A stretch of 42,947 nucleotides of DNA from Candidatus Hermodarchaeum yapensis (GTDB lineage Archaea > Asgardarchaeota > Hermodarchaeia > Hermodarchaeales > Hermodarchaeaceae): NCBI GenBank assembly GCA_016840405.1, contig JAEOSK010000023.1, positions 1 through 42,947 of the forward strand, in the 5' to 3' direction. The notes under the pieces are model-generated. The model saw only the letters and a program-made list of their open reading frames with translations. It ran no database searches and was not told the DNA's origin. The stretch's first letter is position 1. Each line of letters begins with the position of its first letter. Made by a program: the position numbers and the translations under genes. Positions 1 to 8,754 of the stretch are shown piece by piece.

Positions 1-7
1 GTTCAAT

Positions 8-1336
8 ATGTTGAAACCAAAAGTTGGTCTGATCACGCTCTCCTTAGAGCGCGAAAGAACTGATATCGCGGAGCAAGCCCATAAGGAACTGCTCAAGGCT
101 TTGAAAACTCAACCATTGGATGTTGTACCCCAGAAGAAACTCGTTTTGACCATGGAGGATACTGTTAGAGTAGCCGAAGACATGTTCCACAATCATATCC
201 AGTGCATCATCTATAATATCGGCACGTGGATTTACGCACCCATGGTTGTATCAGCTGTTCAAGCCTCTGGACTTCCGAGCATCGTTTATGGTTATCGAAG
301 TCCAGCAGCCTTTAGTCTTGTTGGTGCGGCCATTACTCATGGAAGCCTTGATGAGCTGGGACTGCAACACCGCTTTGTCTATGGTGAGCCAGATAATCCC
401 ACCATCCTCGCAGCTATTACGAGTTATTGTAGGGCTGCTATGACTTTTGATAATCTCAGTCGTAACAAAGCAGTTGTGATTGGTGGTAAGACCATGGGAA
501 TGGTTACCGCAGCAGTGGACTACAGTCAGATGAAAGATATCTTTGGCACCGAAATTGAGCATGTGGATATGTTACGATTGTATTTGGGGGCTCAAAATAT
601 CCCTCCCCAGCAGGTAAAGGACAAGATGGCATGGGTGAAGAAAACCTTTGGCTCAGTCAACGTGTCAGATGAGATTTTAGAACGAAGTGTCCGACTGTAT
701 TTTGCATTAAAAGATGTGATGGAAACAGAGGGGTATGCTTTTGGCGGGTTTAAATGTCAACCCGAATTCATCGAGAATTACGTTAGTGGATGCTTTCCTA
801 TTTCTTTGTTAATCAACGAAGGTATCATGATGTCCTGTGAAGCGGATATGAATGCTGCCTTTACTATGCGTATTCTTCACCTATTGACTGGTGAGCCTGT
901 GCTTTTCGCTGATGTCAACGATTTGGATATGGATACAGGCAACTTGCGGCTTGTTAACTGTGGCACCATAGCATCAGATATGGCGAAAACCCCTAAGGAT
1001 GTGGATTGGAACCCTCAGTATGAGTACATGGGGAAGGCAAGTGGAGCCTGTCCAACTTTTTGTTGCAAGGAAGGAGCGGTCACTCTAGCACGATTAAGCC
1101 GTGTGGCTGGAGAATATGTGATGCAGATAGCCAACGGAACAGCTTACGTTCAAGAAAAAGAAACGTTCAAGGAGGCCAGGGAACGATGGCCACACGCCTT
1201 TATTACTTTAGATGGTGACCCTGATCTCTTCGTACAACACCTGCGATCAAATCACATGCACATGGTGTACGGTGATGTTGTCGAAGAACTCTTCGACCTC
1301 TGTGAGATTCTGGGAATTGAACCCATCTATACCTAA
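8..1336 (+). CDS. L-fucose/L-arabinose isomerase-family protein
   Basis: 442 aa. KCQPEF, SCEAD (metal-ligand Glu), FADVND, NCG and C-terminal SNHMHMVYG match the FucI/AraA-like layout. Confidence 0.75.
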   Translation: MLKPKVGLITLSLERERTDIAEQAHKELLKALKTQPLDVVPQKKLVLTMEDTVRVAEDMFHNHIQCIIYNIGTWIYAPMVVSAVQASGLPSIVYGYRSPAAFSLVGAAITHGSLDELGLQHRFVYGEPDNPTILAAITSYCRAAMTFDNLSRNKAVVIGGKTMGMVTAAVDYSQMKDIFGTEIEHVDMLRLYLGAQNIPPQQVKDKMAWVKKTFGSVNVSDEILERSVRLYFALKDVMETEGYAFGGFKCQPEFIENYVSGCFPISLLINEGIMMSCEADMNAAFTMRILHLLTGEPVLFADVNDLDMDTGNLRLVNCGTIASDMAKTPKDVDWNPQYEYMGKASGACPTFCCKEGAVTLARLSRVAGEYVMQIANGTAYVQEKETFKEARERWPHAFITLDGDPDLFVQHLRSNHMHMVYGDVVEELFDLCEILGIEPIYT

Positions 1337-1348
1337 TCTTAACATGTC

Positions 1349-1816
1349 TTACTTGATGTGCGCTATAAAAGCTTCAAGATCGCTATTATAATCGCCTTCT
1401 TTGAAACGTTTCTCAGTGATGCCAAAGGTGCCTACAAGCTCTGATTCATGAGTCATTGCCTTCAATTGGGGGAAAATTTCCCTATATCCCTCGCTTTGTG
1501 AGCAGATATAAAACGCGACTCGTTTCCCTTTTAAATTGACTGAATTCAAGTAAGTGCGGAGAGGTGGTATGAGCCTACCTGCCCATATGGGGGATCCAAT
1601 TACGATGGTGTCATAGTCCTGAGGGTCTTTTTCGAACTCAATTTCAGTGAGCTTTTCCCCTATAGAGTCACGACCCGCTCGAAGCCAGTTAAGAAAGCCT
1701 TTACGTTTTTTCTTATCGATAATCACATCGATATCGGCAGAAAGTGCTTGAGCAATAGCGTCTCCAATGGTTTTGTTATTTCCAGTTCGAGAATAATATA
1801 CGACAAGATATTTCAT
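1349..1816 (-). CDS. Flavodoxin-family protein
   Basis: VVYYSRTGNN FMN-phosphate loop and YDTIVIGSPIWAG motif. Confidence 0.85.
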   Translation of the reverse strand: MKYLVVYYSRTGNNKTIGDAIAQALSADIDVIIDKKKRKGFLNWLRAGRDSIGEKLTEIEFEKDPQDYDTIVIGSPIWAGRLIPPLRTYLNSVNLKGKRVAFYICSQSEGYREIFPQLKAMTHESELVGTFGITEKRFKEGDYNSDLEAFIAHIK

Positions 1817-1950
1817 AGAACCACTAGATGGGCAATTTCCTAAGGCTTCTAAAAATATTGTGACCCCACTAATTATTGTTTGGACAAAGAGAGGTTTGGA
1901 TGCTTTAGGAAAGTAGTTTTCTGATCTGTAAAATTTGAAGTAAGAAGAAA

Positions 1951-3012
1951 TTATCTATTGGATTTCATGGCTTTTGCTTGTCTGTGTATTCGCCATGAAA
2001 TTAGGGCACTAATTATGAAACCTAAGATTCCTGCTACAGCTACGACTGGTAGAATTAGGTGAGATGTCAAAAATATACTGAGTCCAAAAAAGACATACGC
2101 CAAGGTTAGTGTAATACCTGTTATCAGATGATTGAGTATTGTGGAAACATTAGCAGATATCATAGCCATTGGATTATTGCACTCTTTGAGAGCATATCGT
2201 GCCCCAAGTATACCTAAGGGTATGGTGGAAAAAACAATGAGCGAAAAGGAATTAGTGAAACGAAGAAGTACAGCAAAGACCACTATCAAGTAGACTAGGA
2301 CCAGAAGCGCAACATAGAGTTTTGAAGCACGCTTCCGACCCAACCGAACGACCAATGTATGCTTTCCAGCATCACGATCTGCATTGAAATCAGCGAATTC
2401 ATTGATGTAAAGTATTCCAGAAACAAGAAGCGCAATAGGGAGAGAGACTATAATTGGTTCCAATGCAATGATTTGAGCTTGTGTGAAAAAAGCGCCCAAA
2501 GTTAGGAATATGCCAAAGCAAATTCCAATTATGATTTCTCCAACTCCTCGGCTGACAAATTTGAATGGAGGTGCGGTATAGAAGAAAGCGAGAAAAATTC
2601 CGAGAAGACCCAGAATCAGGATAAAGAATCCTCGAGTGAATGTGAGGTATATTCCAATGATTGCCCCGATGCTGAAAATGATTATTGAGCCAGCGAGAAC
2701 TGCACGGGGGGAGAGGAGACCCTCTTGAATCATTCGGCTTCCACCTGTAAAAGGTCGAATAAATTCAATGTTGATGTTATCTGACCCTTGATGATAATCC
2801 CAATAGTCATTGACGACATTTGCCCCCAGATGAATACTTACACCACCTAACAAAGTGAGAAGGAAGACATCCCAAAGAAAGAAACCCGTTGTTCCCCACG
2901 CGATTGCTGTTCCTAATATTATTGGTACTATTGAAGCTGTTGTAAATGGAAGACGTAGTTCTCTAATCCATACTCGAGCTTTACTCGGACGGTTTTCGTT
3001 AATTTCACGCAA
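1951..3012 (-). CDS. menA: 1,4-dihydroxy-2-naphthoate polyprenyltransferase (UbiA/MenA family)
   Basis: LRLPF, NVVNDYWDY-GSD, FTGGSR, YTAPPF-GVGE and INEFADFNADRDAGKHTLVVRLG motifs; multiple TM helices; TTG start. Confidence 0.8.
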   Translation of the reverse strand: MREINENRPSKARVWIRELRLPFTTASIVPIILGTAIAWGTTGFFLWDVFLLTLLGGVSIHLGANVVNDYWDYHQGSDNINIEFIRPFTGGSRMIQEGLLSPRAVLAGSIIIFSIGAIIGIYLTFTRGFFILILGLLGIFLAFFYTAPPFKFVSRGVGEIIIGICFGIFLTLGAFFTQAQIIALEPIIVSLPIALLVSGILYINEFADFNADRDAGKHTLVVRLGRKRASKLYVALLVLVYLIVVFAVLLRFTNSFSLIVFSTIPLGILGARYALKECNNPMAMISANVSTILNHLITGITLTLAYVFFGLSIFLTSHLILPVVAVAGILGFIISALISWRIHRQAKAMKSNR

Positions 3013-3045
3013 TCTTAGGGCTCCTACTTGTATCTTAAGGGAACT

Positions 3046-4107
3046 TTAGAATTCTCGTTGAACCACGAATTCAGCTAATCGTTCGAGGAGATCCTTGTTT
3101 TTGAACTTATATCCTTGAAGGGCCGCTTTAGCAAGATTAGCATAACTTTGGGCTAGTTGCATGGTATGTTCGATGGCCTCGTGTTGTTTGATTATTATCA
3201 GAACTTCGTTCCAATTGTTGGTATTTAATGCGTGAAGGCAGTTTTCACTCTGATCTTTCGAACATTGCTCTAAAGCAAACATGAGGGGATAATTTCCACG
3301 TTTCAATCTTAGATCTGACAACGTGGTTTTTTTAATTTCCTGATATTTGACCTGGATGTCAAGGATATCGTCTTTGAGTTGGTAGGCAATACCGATAAGA
3401 GTACCATATCTTGCAAGAGCCGTCTGTTGATCGCCTGTGGCTTCTCCGACAATTGACCCGTTACGTGCTGCTTCTTCCAGAAATACCGCTGTTTTCCGTT
3501 CAATCATTTTCAAATATTCTTTTGTTGTAAATTCTTTCTCCAGTGAAGGAGAGATGAGGAGATCAAAGACTTCACCTTCACACATACGCACGCCTCCAGC
3601 ACCGATGTTTGCAACAAGTTCTGGAGAGCCATGAGTACCGATTAAATGAAATGCTTGGGCGATTAGAAAATCACCTGCAAGAATTGCTAAATCGTGACCG
3701 AATTTTTTATGGACAGTAGGAACGTCACGTCGGAGTTCATCCTTATCGATGATATCATCATGAATAAGACTCGCTGTCTGTAGCAACTCAACAGCAACAG
3801 TGAACGGGAGGACTTTGTCAATTGATCCTCCAACTGCCTCACAACTGAGTAAAGTCAATAGTGACCGGAGCCGTTTTCCCCCTGCAATAATGAGGTGATG
3901 GGCAGCTTTGTACAGAACTTCTGGTTCTCCTTTTATGTTTTGAAGGTATTCAAGTATCGCTTGATTTATTAGAACAAGTCGTGCTTGGATTTGTTCACTT
4001 TCCAGGTAACCTTTGACATCACCTGTTGCTGTTCTTTTGCCTGGAGATACTGTTGATTGTGAAGTGGACGGAGGTTTATTGGTCGACATTGAGTCGCGAT
4101 TCGTCAT
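3046..4107 (-). CDS. Trans-polyprenyl diphosphate synthase, probably long-chain
   Basis: GGKRLR, first Asp-rich motif SLIHDDIIDKDELRR, AILAGD, KT and second motif QLKDDILD. Ala at position -5 before the first motif points to a product longer than C20. Confidence 0.85.
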   Translation of the reverse strand: MTNRDSMSTNKPPSTSQSTVSPGKRTATGDVKGYLESEQIQARLVLINQAILEYLQNIKGEPEVLYKAAHHLIIAGGKRLRSLLTLLSCEAVGGSIDKVLPFTVAVELLQTASLIHDDIIDKDELRRDVPTVHKKFGHDLAILAGDFLIAQAFHLIGTHGSPELVANIGAGGVRMCEGEVFDLLISPSLEKEFTTKEYLKMIERKTAVFLEEAARNGSIVGEATGDQQTALARYGTLIGIAYQLKDDILDIQVKYQEIKKTTLSDLRLKRGNYPLMFALEQCSKDQSENCLHALNTNNWNEVLIIIKQHEAIEHTMQLAQSYANLAKAALQGYKFKNKDLLERLAEFVVQREF

Positions 4108-4246
4108 TCATTAAAAGCCCCTTTGTACTAATTCATGGTGTTTGTTTATTATATTTAATCAAATTATGAGCATTAGTTTGCAAAAAGCCCTCGCCTAAGA
4201 ATATATTGTAGTTCTTAATGAATCGTCCTTTTGGATTAACTTGATT

Positions 4247-5452
4247 TCAAAATGAAGATAGTAACGCAAGTAGTTTTACAAACGTTTTGGAAGCAAATCT
4301 TACTGGAAATGGAAGTCGACAACGAATCAGTTTTTGTAAATATCTAGGTCCTGCTAGCCGCATACACCAGTCGGTAAGACTGTCAGAGATCATAATTTTG
4401 TCAGCAATTCGGAGAATACCTAAAGCGGATGATAATTCCTCTCCAAACTCGGTTTTCCAAGCTGCTTCATACCAGCATAGTGGTTGATTTTGATGTATAT
4501 GCTGAGCTGCGGCAATTCCAGCAAGTTCTCCGCCACCTAGCGCTGTTGGGATTCCGCCTCCATTTGAGGCCATTACATGACCTGCGGCATCACCAACAAG
4601 TAAGACCGAGTCAGAATAGGTCTTAGAAAGTGGTCCACCCATAGGGATGATTGCTCCAGATTTTCGGAGGATTTTTCCTTTTTTCATCCGTTGAATGTTG
4701 GCAGGATGTGAAGAAATGAACCGTTGAAGATAGGAAAAAGCGTTTTCTGAAGTGAATGTAAATGCTCGACGAAAACCCAGCCCAATGTTTACCATTGTTT
4801 CACTTTTGGGAATGACCCAAGCATAGCCGCCAGGGGCGATTTGATGACCGAAATACATCTCCGTCGTGTTTGGGTCACATTCAATATTCGTCATGACGAA
4901 CTGGATAGCTGGAGACAAATCATGAGCCTTATTTTGATAGGATGCCCCAATGGACTGGGCTATTCTCGATTGGGCTCCATCAGCTCCGATTATTACCTTT
5001 GCGTTGATTATTTGTCGTCCGGATTTATTGCGTAGAATGAGTAGGTTAGAGTCTGTTCGTCTAATCACAGTTGTTTGTAAGTGTATATGTGCGCCTTCGG
5101 CTTCGGCTTGCTCTGCAAGATAGGGATCATATTTTGCACGGTCAATAATATTCGAAATGAGACTGAACTCAAATTGGTGGTTGGAAGGAGATGAAAGCAT
5201 CAGCTTTGAAGTTCGATTGGTTATGAATTTTTTAGGCACATCCGCGAGCCGCGCAATCCGTGCCGAGTTAGGGAAGATATTCTTCAATTCTTCTGGAATG
5301 GGAAGGAATTCACCACATTGGACTGGCTTACCAATATGATTGCGACTATCAAACACAATGGTTTTCAAACCATGTTGTGTTGCCACTTTGGCTGCGATAC
5401 AACCAGCTGGTCCTGCTCCAACAATTGCAACATCGTACGAGCCAGTGGACAT
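4247..5452 (-). CDS. Geranylgeranyl reductase-family FAD-dependent oxidoreductase
   Basis: GAGPAG, PVQCGE, GADG, APGGYAWVIPK and VGDAAG motifs. ATG at 5452 preferred over TTG at 5461 on SD spacing. Confidence 0.85.
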   Translation of the reverse strand: MSTGSYDVAIVGAGPAGCIAAKVATQHGLKTIVFDSRNHIGKPVQCGEFLPIPEELKNIFPNSARIARLADVPKKFITNRTSKLMLSSPSNHQFEFSLISNIIDRAKYDPYLAEQAEAEGAHIHLQTTVIRRTDSNLLILRNKSGRQIINAKVIIGADGAQSRIAQSIGASYQNKAHDLSPAIQFVMTNIECDPNTTEMYFGHQIAPGGYAWVIPKSETMVNIGLGFRRAFTFTSENAFSYLQRFISSHPANIQRMKKGKILRKSGAIIPMGGPLSKTYSDSVLLVGDAAGHVMASNGGGIPTALGGGELAGIAAAQHIHQNQPLCWYEAAWKTEFGEELSSALGILRIADKIMISDSLTDWCMRLAGPRYLQKLIRCRLPFPVRFASKTFVKLLALLSSF

Positions 5453-5512
5453 ACGATTCAATTCCTCTTATATAAAAGGGTGATATTTGGACTTGTAAAG
5501 TAATTGTTTGGA

Positions 5513-6721
5513 TTAAATTGGTTCTTCGATGAAACACTCCCGCGCATCTTCACCGAAGTATCGATCAAACAGCCATTCGAGTGAACCGCCAACTGCAGTC
5601 CAATACATTTGAGCAAATGCTTTCTTCATCAGTAGGTTTCGTCGAGTTGGTTTAGCATCTTTAGCAGCTTTGTCATAAGTTGAGATGACAAACAGGGCTT
5701 TACCATATCCAACATCCATGGGACAATGAGTGCGTCCCGTAAATTTACATCGTTCTCCAGTTTGTCTGATATCTGCGATGATGTTCCGGGCAACTACGAC
5801 GGCTTCAAGGTGCGCAGTAACTCCAGACTTAGATGTTCGTAAATCAGCCACATCACCAATGGCATACACGTTTTTTTGACCGTTGACTAGCAATGTGTAT
5901 TTATCTGTTGGAATCCAACCATCTTCATCCCCAATTTTAGAATCAATAATTGCTTGAGGAGCTTTATGAGGGGGAACTACAAACATGGCTTCGAATTCTA
6001 AATCTGTGCCTTCCAAAGAGTAAATTATCTTTTTTTCAGAATCAACTCGGTCGATGTTGAAGAATGGATGGATAATAATTCCCCGTTCTTTGAAATGGCG
6101 CTCGATAGTATTACTGATTGTCGGATCAGGATAAGGTCGAGATATCGGTGTAATGAAATGAATCTCGACATTATCTTTTAATTTCCTTTTCTTGAAAAAT
6201 TCCTCGAGAAGAAAAGCCGCTTCAACGGGCGCTGGAGGGCACTTATGAGGAAATGCACTAACACCTACTACAACTTTGCCCTTCCTGATTTCTTGGATTC
6301 GTTCCCAAACTTTCAAAGCATTTTCCTGCGATGAGTGAAAATCCAAATTTGCTTCATCAAACCCAAGAATTTCATCCCGAGCAATTTTCGACCCTACTGC
6401 AATAATAAGATCATCGTAAATGTACGTCTTGTTAGATTCCGTTATCACCTTATTATTTGTGAAATTAATTTTAGTGACCCTATCAATGCTGAAGTTAATT
6501 CGCTTGTGAAGCAATTTCTTTTCCGGTCGCACAATCTTTTCTGGTTTCATCCCCTTGAAACTTGTATACAATAGATTTGGTTGAAAAACATGGTTTCCAT
6601 CTTCATCAAGCAATGTGATTTCCACATCACCCTTCATAATCTCAGCCCCGAGTTCACGAGCTAAAAGATTAGCTACTAGAGTTCCAGCTGTTCCTCCACC
6701 TAAAACGAGAATTCGTCGCAT
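5513..6721 (-). CDS. Sulfide:quinone oxidoreductase-like FAD-dependent oxidoreductase
   Basis: GGGTAG, HVFQP, KCPPAPVE (catalytic Cys), AIGDVA-SKSG and C-terminal FTGRTHCP Cys; directly downstream of tusA. Confidence 0.7.
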   Translation of the reverse strand: MRRILVLGGGTAGTLVANLLARELGAEIMKGDVEITLLDEDGNHVFQPNLLYTSFKGMKPEKIVRPEKKLLHKRINFSIDRVTKINFTNNKVITESNKTYIYDDLIIAVGSKIARDEILGFDEANLDFHSSQENALKVWERIQEIRKGKVVVGVSAFPHKCPPAPVEAAFLLEEFFKKRKLKDNVEIHFITPISRPYPDPTISNTIERHFKERGIIIHPFFNIDRVDSEKKIIYSLEGTDLEFEAMFVVPPHKAPQAIIDSKIGDEDGWIPTDKYTLLVNGQKNVYAIGDVADLRTSKSGVTAHLEAVVVARNIIADIRQTGERCKFTGRTHCPMDVGYGKALFVISTYDKAAKDAKPTRRNLLMKKAFAQMYWTAVGGSLEWLFDRYFGEDARECFIEEPI

Positions 6722-6731
6722 TGTTCGGCAC

Positions 6732-6977
6732 CTATTGTTTCTTCGCGGTGATTTTTACCGATGCCCGAATGACTCCTGCATTCTCCTCGAGGCCAATGAG
6801 TTCATTCTTGGTCGCCCGAACCCATGCGTTGATATCTGAGGTAAAAGCAGAATCTGTAGCCAAGATATCTAAAATATCGCCATTCTGAGCTTTTCTATAC
6901 GCTCGCGCTACTTCTGTTATTGGACCAGGACAAGCCATTCCACGGCAATCAACGAGTATAGTTCGGGGTTCAGTCAT
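6732..6977 (-). CDS. tusA: TusA/SirA-family sulfur carrier
   Basis: VDCRGMACPGP (CPxP) motif, about 81 aa; ATG at 6977 follows a GGTGG SD-like element. Confidence 0.85.
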   Translation of the reverse strand: MTEPRTILVDCRGMACPGPITEVARAYRKAQNGDILDILATDSAFTSDINAWVRATKNELIGLEENAGVIRASVKITAKKQ

Positions 6978-7116
6978 CTTTTTCCACCAATTTTTCTGTG
7001 CCCGCATCAGAAATTCTCATATAACAACTTTCTCCACTTGCATTATTGGAATTTTTCTCATATAATTAAACGGGGAAAACCATTTTTCACCTCGAATGCT
7101 CGAAAGAAATCGCGAA

Positions 7117-7884
7117 TCAATTGAACAGAGTATTATAAAAAGTAATGAGAAGAAATCCGAGTAAAACTATGCCTAGCATAAATGGGATTAGTAACATCGT
7201 CCAAAACGCAAAGCCGGACCAAAAGGTTAGTGTAAAAAATAAACTAATCGCAACTGTAATCGGTATCTTTGGAAAATCTTTGATTTCCATTTTTAATGAA
7301 ATCACCAAAACCGTAGAAACACCAAAACCAGTAAAAAACCAACCAGCAAAATTGGATAACGGCACTCCATAATAGAATCTTGGAGTTATCCATATCTAAA
7401 TACCAAGGTAAACAAGAATCGGATCGATTATGAAATCAATTATTACAAGAAGGAACGCACTGAGGAGAATGATTTTCCAAGGCTTCTGTAAATACTGAGT
7501 TACTATTGTCACTGTTCCCAAGACAAGTGGAAAAAAGGCAAAAGGGACTGCAAATGGAACTACCCCTAGAATCTTAATTCCAAGTAAATCAGAGTAAAAA
7601 AAATGCCCATAAGGAAACCCCGTTAAAACTCCCATCCCCTCGATGAATAAAGTAAGTATTACGAGAGTTGAAATAATCACAGATGAGTTTTTTGCACCTG
7701 CCTATTAGTAGAAAAAGTGCAAAGAGGGTGGAGCTACAATAACCACAATAGAGTTGAATAAAACCAAGGGAACCATGACTGGAAGAAAAAAGAAGAAATA
7801 GCTTATTACATATGACCCAAGAATGAATAAACCAAACCGAAAAATGATCGGTGTGAAGAATAGCTTTCTTGTTAATGTTGTAAT
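7117..7884 (-). pseudogene. cruF: CruF-family carotenoid hydratase (bisanhydrobacterioruberin hydratase), interrupted
   Basis: Three track ORFs (7705-7965, 7396-7680, 7117-7365) share one frame. Joined, they give IEGMGVLTGFPYGHFFYSDLLGIKILGVVP, DFIIDP and YYGVPLSNFAGW. In-frame stops are TAA 7705-7707, TAG 7702-7704 and TAG 7396-7398. An ATT at 7882-7884 overlaps the lyeJ stop where a coupled ATG would sit. Confidence 0.85.
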
Positions 7885-8744
7885 TAGAGTATCACTATTT
7901 TTGGTATGGTAATTGTGAAGAAGAGAATTAATCCGAAAATCGCGTTCCAGTAGGGAAATAGCCAATAAATCCTCTCAAGATTAGCACTTCGTCGAAGCAA
8001 GAGGTAGAATGGAATAGCGGGATAAACGAACATTAGTACACTCCAAGGAGGATTCCATGGTACAATGAACACAAGGATAATTGCAAATATAAGCCAGAAT
8101 GTAAAGCAGAGAATGAGAGAGGGAATCAAATTAATTAGAACTGCAGTTGTTGTAACATTTGCTCGTTTATCTGCTTCGATGTCTGGAACTGCTGAGAAAA
8201 GGTGCATGGCTGAGGTCCACATAAAAGCAGCAAAAAGTGGAAGAATCGGTGGAATAAATAATTGTAGTTGGTAGAAGGCGAGAATTGCTGGGATGACATA
8301 GAGGAAATTTGACATAAAGTCAAGGAATGGACGAGCCTTGAACCGAATAGGTTTGGCACTATACAAGAAGGAAAGTATCAAGAAGATGACAAAGAGAAGT
8401 CGGGCTATGTTATCCGGTTGAAAAACCATGAGAATAAGTCCATAAACGAAAGCGATGATAATTAACGATATCAGGTTGCGTCTATCTTTCGTTGTCACTC
8501 GATATTCTTTATCATCCTTTTTCGGGTTGAAAATATCAGTATCTTCATCATAGTAATCATTAACACCATAAAGGAAGATATTCGCAGGGAACATGAAAAA
8601 GAAAAGATGGAATGCAAAGAACGGTGTAAGAAATTGACCAACTGTGGTCAACCCGATAACGAAGCCAATAAGATAAGTTCCACCAAGATATAGCCAAAAC
8701 CGTGGACGAGAGATCCGAAAAGCAAGGCGAGTAATACTACTCAA
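7884..8744 (-). CDS. lyeJ: Lycopene elongase/hydratase (UbiA-family prenyltransferase, LyeJ/CrtEb type)
   Basis: ISRPRFWLYLGG, YGVNDYYDEDTD-NPKK, YSAKPIRFKARPFLD and AMHLFSAVPDIEAD motifs; lies between crtD and cruF as in haloarchaea. Confidence 0.85.
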   Translation of the reverse strand: MSSITRLAFRISRPRFWLYLGGTYLIGFVIGLTTVGQFLTPFFAFHLFFFMFPANIFLYGVNDYYDEDTDIFNPKKDDKEYRVTTKDRRNLISLIIIAFVYGLILMVFQPDNIARLLFVIFLILSFLYSAKPIRFKARPFLDFMSNFLYVIPAILAFYQLQLFIPPILPLFAAFMWTSAMHLFSAVPDIEADKRANVTTTAVLINLIPSLILCFTFWLIFAIILVFIVPWNPPWSVLMFVYPAIPFYLLLRRSANLERIYWLFPYWNAIFGLILFFTITIPKIVIL

Positions 8745-8754
8745 TATTTTTTCC

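Noticed and set aside
7396-7707. Stop-codon recoding (pyrrolysine or TAG reassignment) as the explanation for the cruF stops
   Set aside because: One of the stops is TAA, the 7396 TAG falls at a probable Trp position (TGG to TAG), and TAG ends full-length genes elsewhere in the window (30769, 33730, 41330).
7705-7965. Track ORFs 7705-7965, 7396-7680 and 7117-7365 as three separate small genes
   Set aside because: They share one frame and together form a single CruF sequence; the first is artificially extended into lyeJ.
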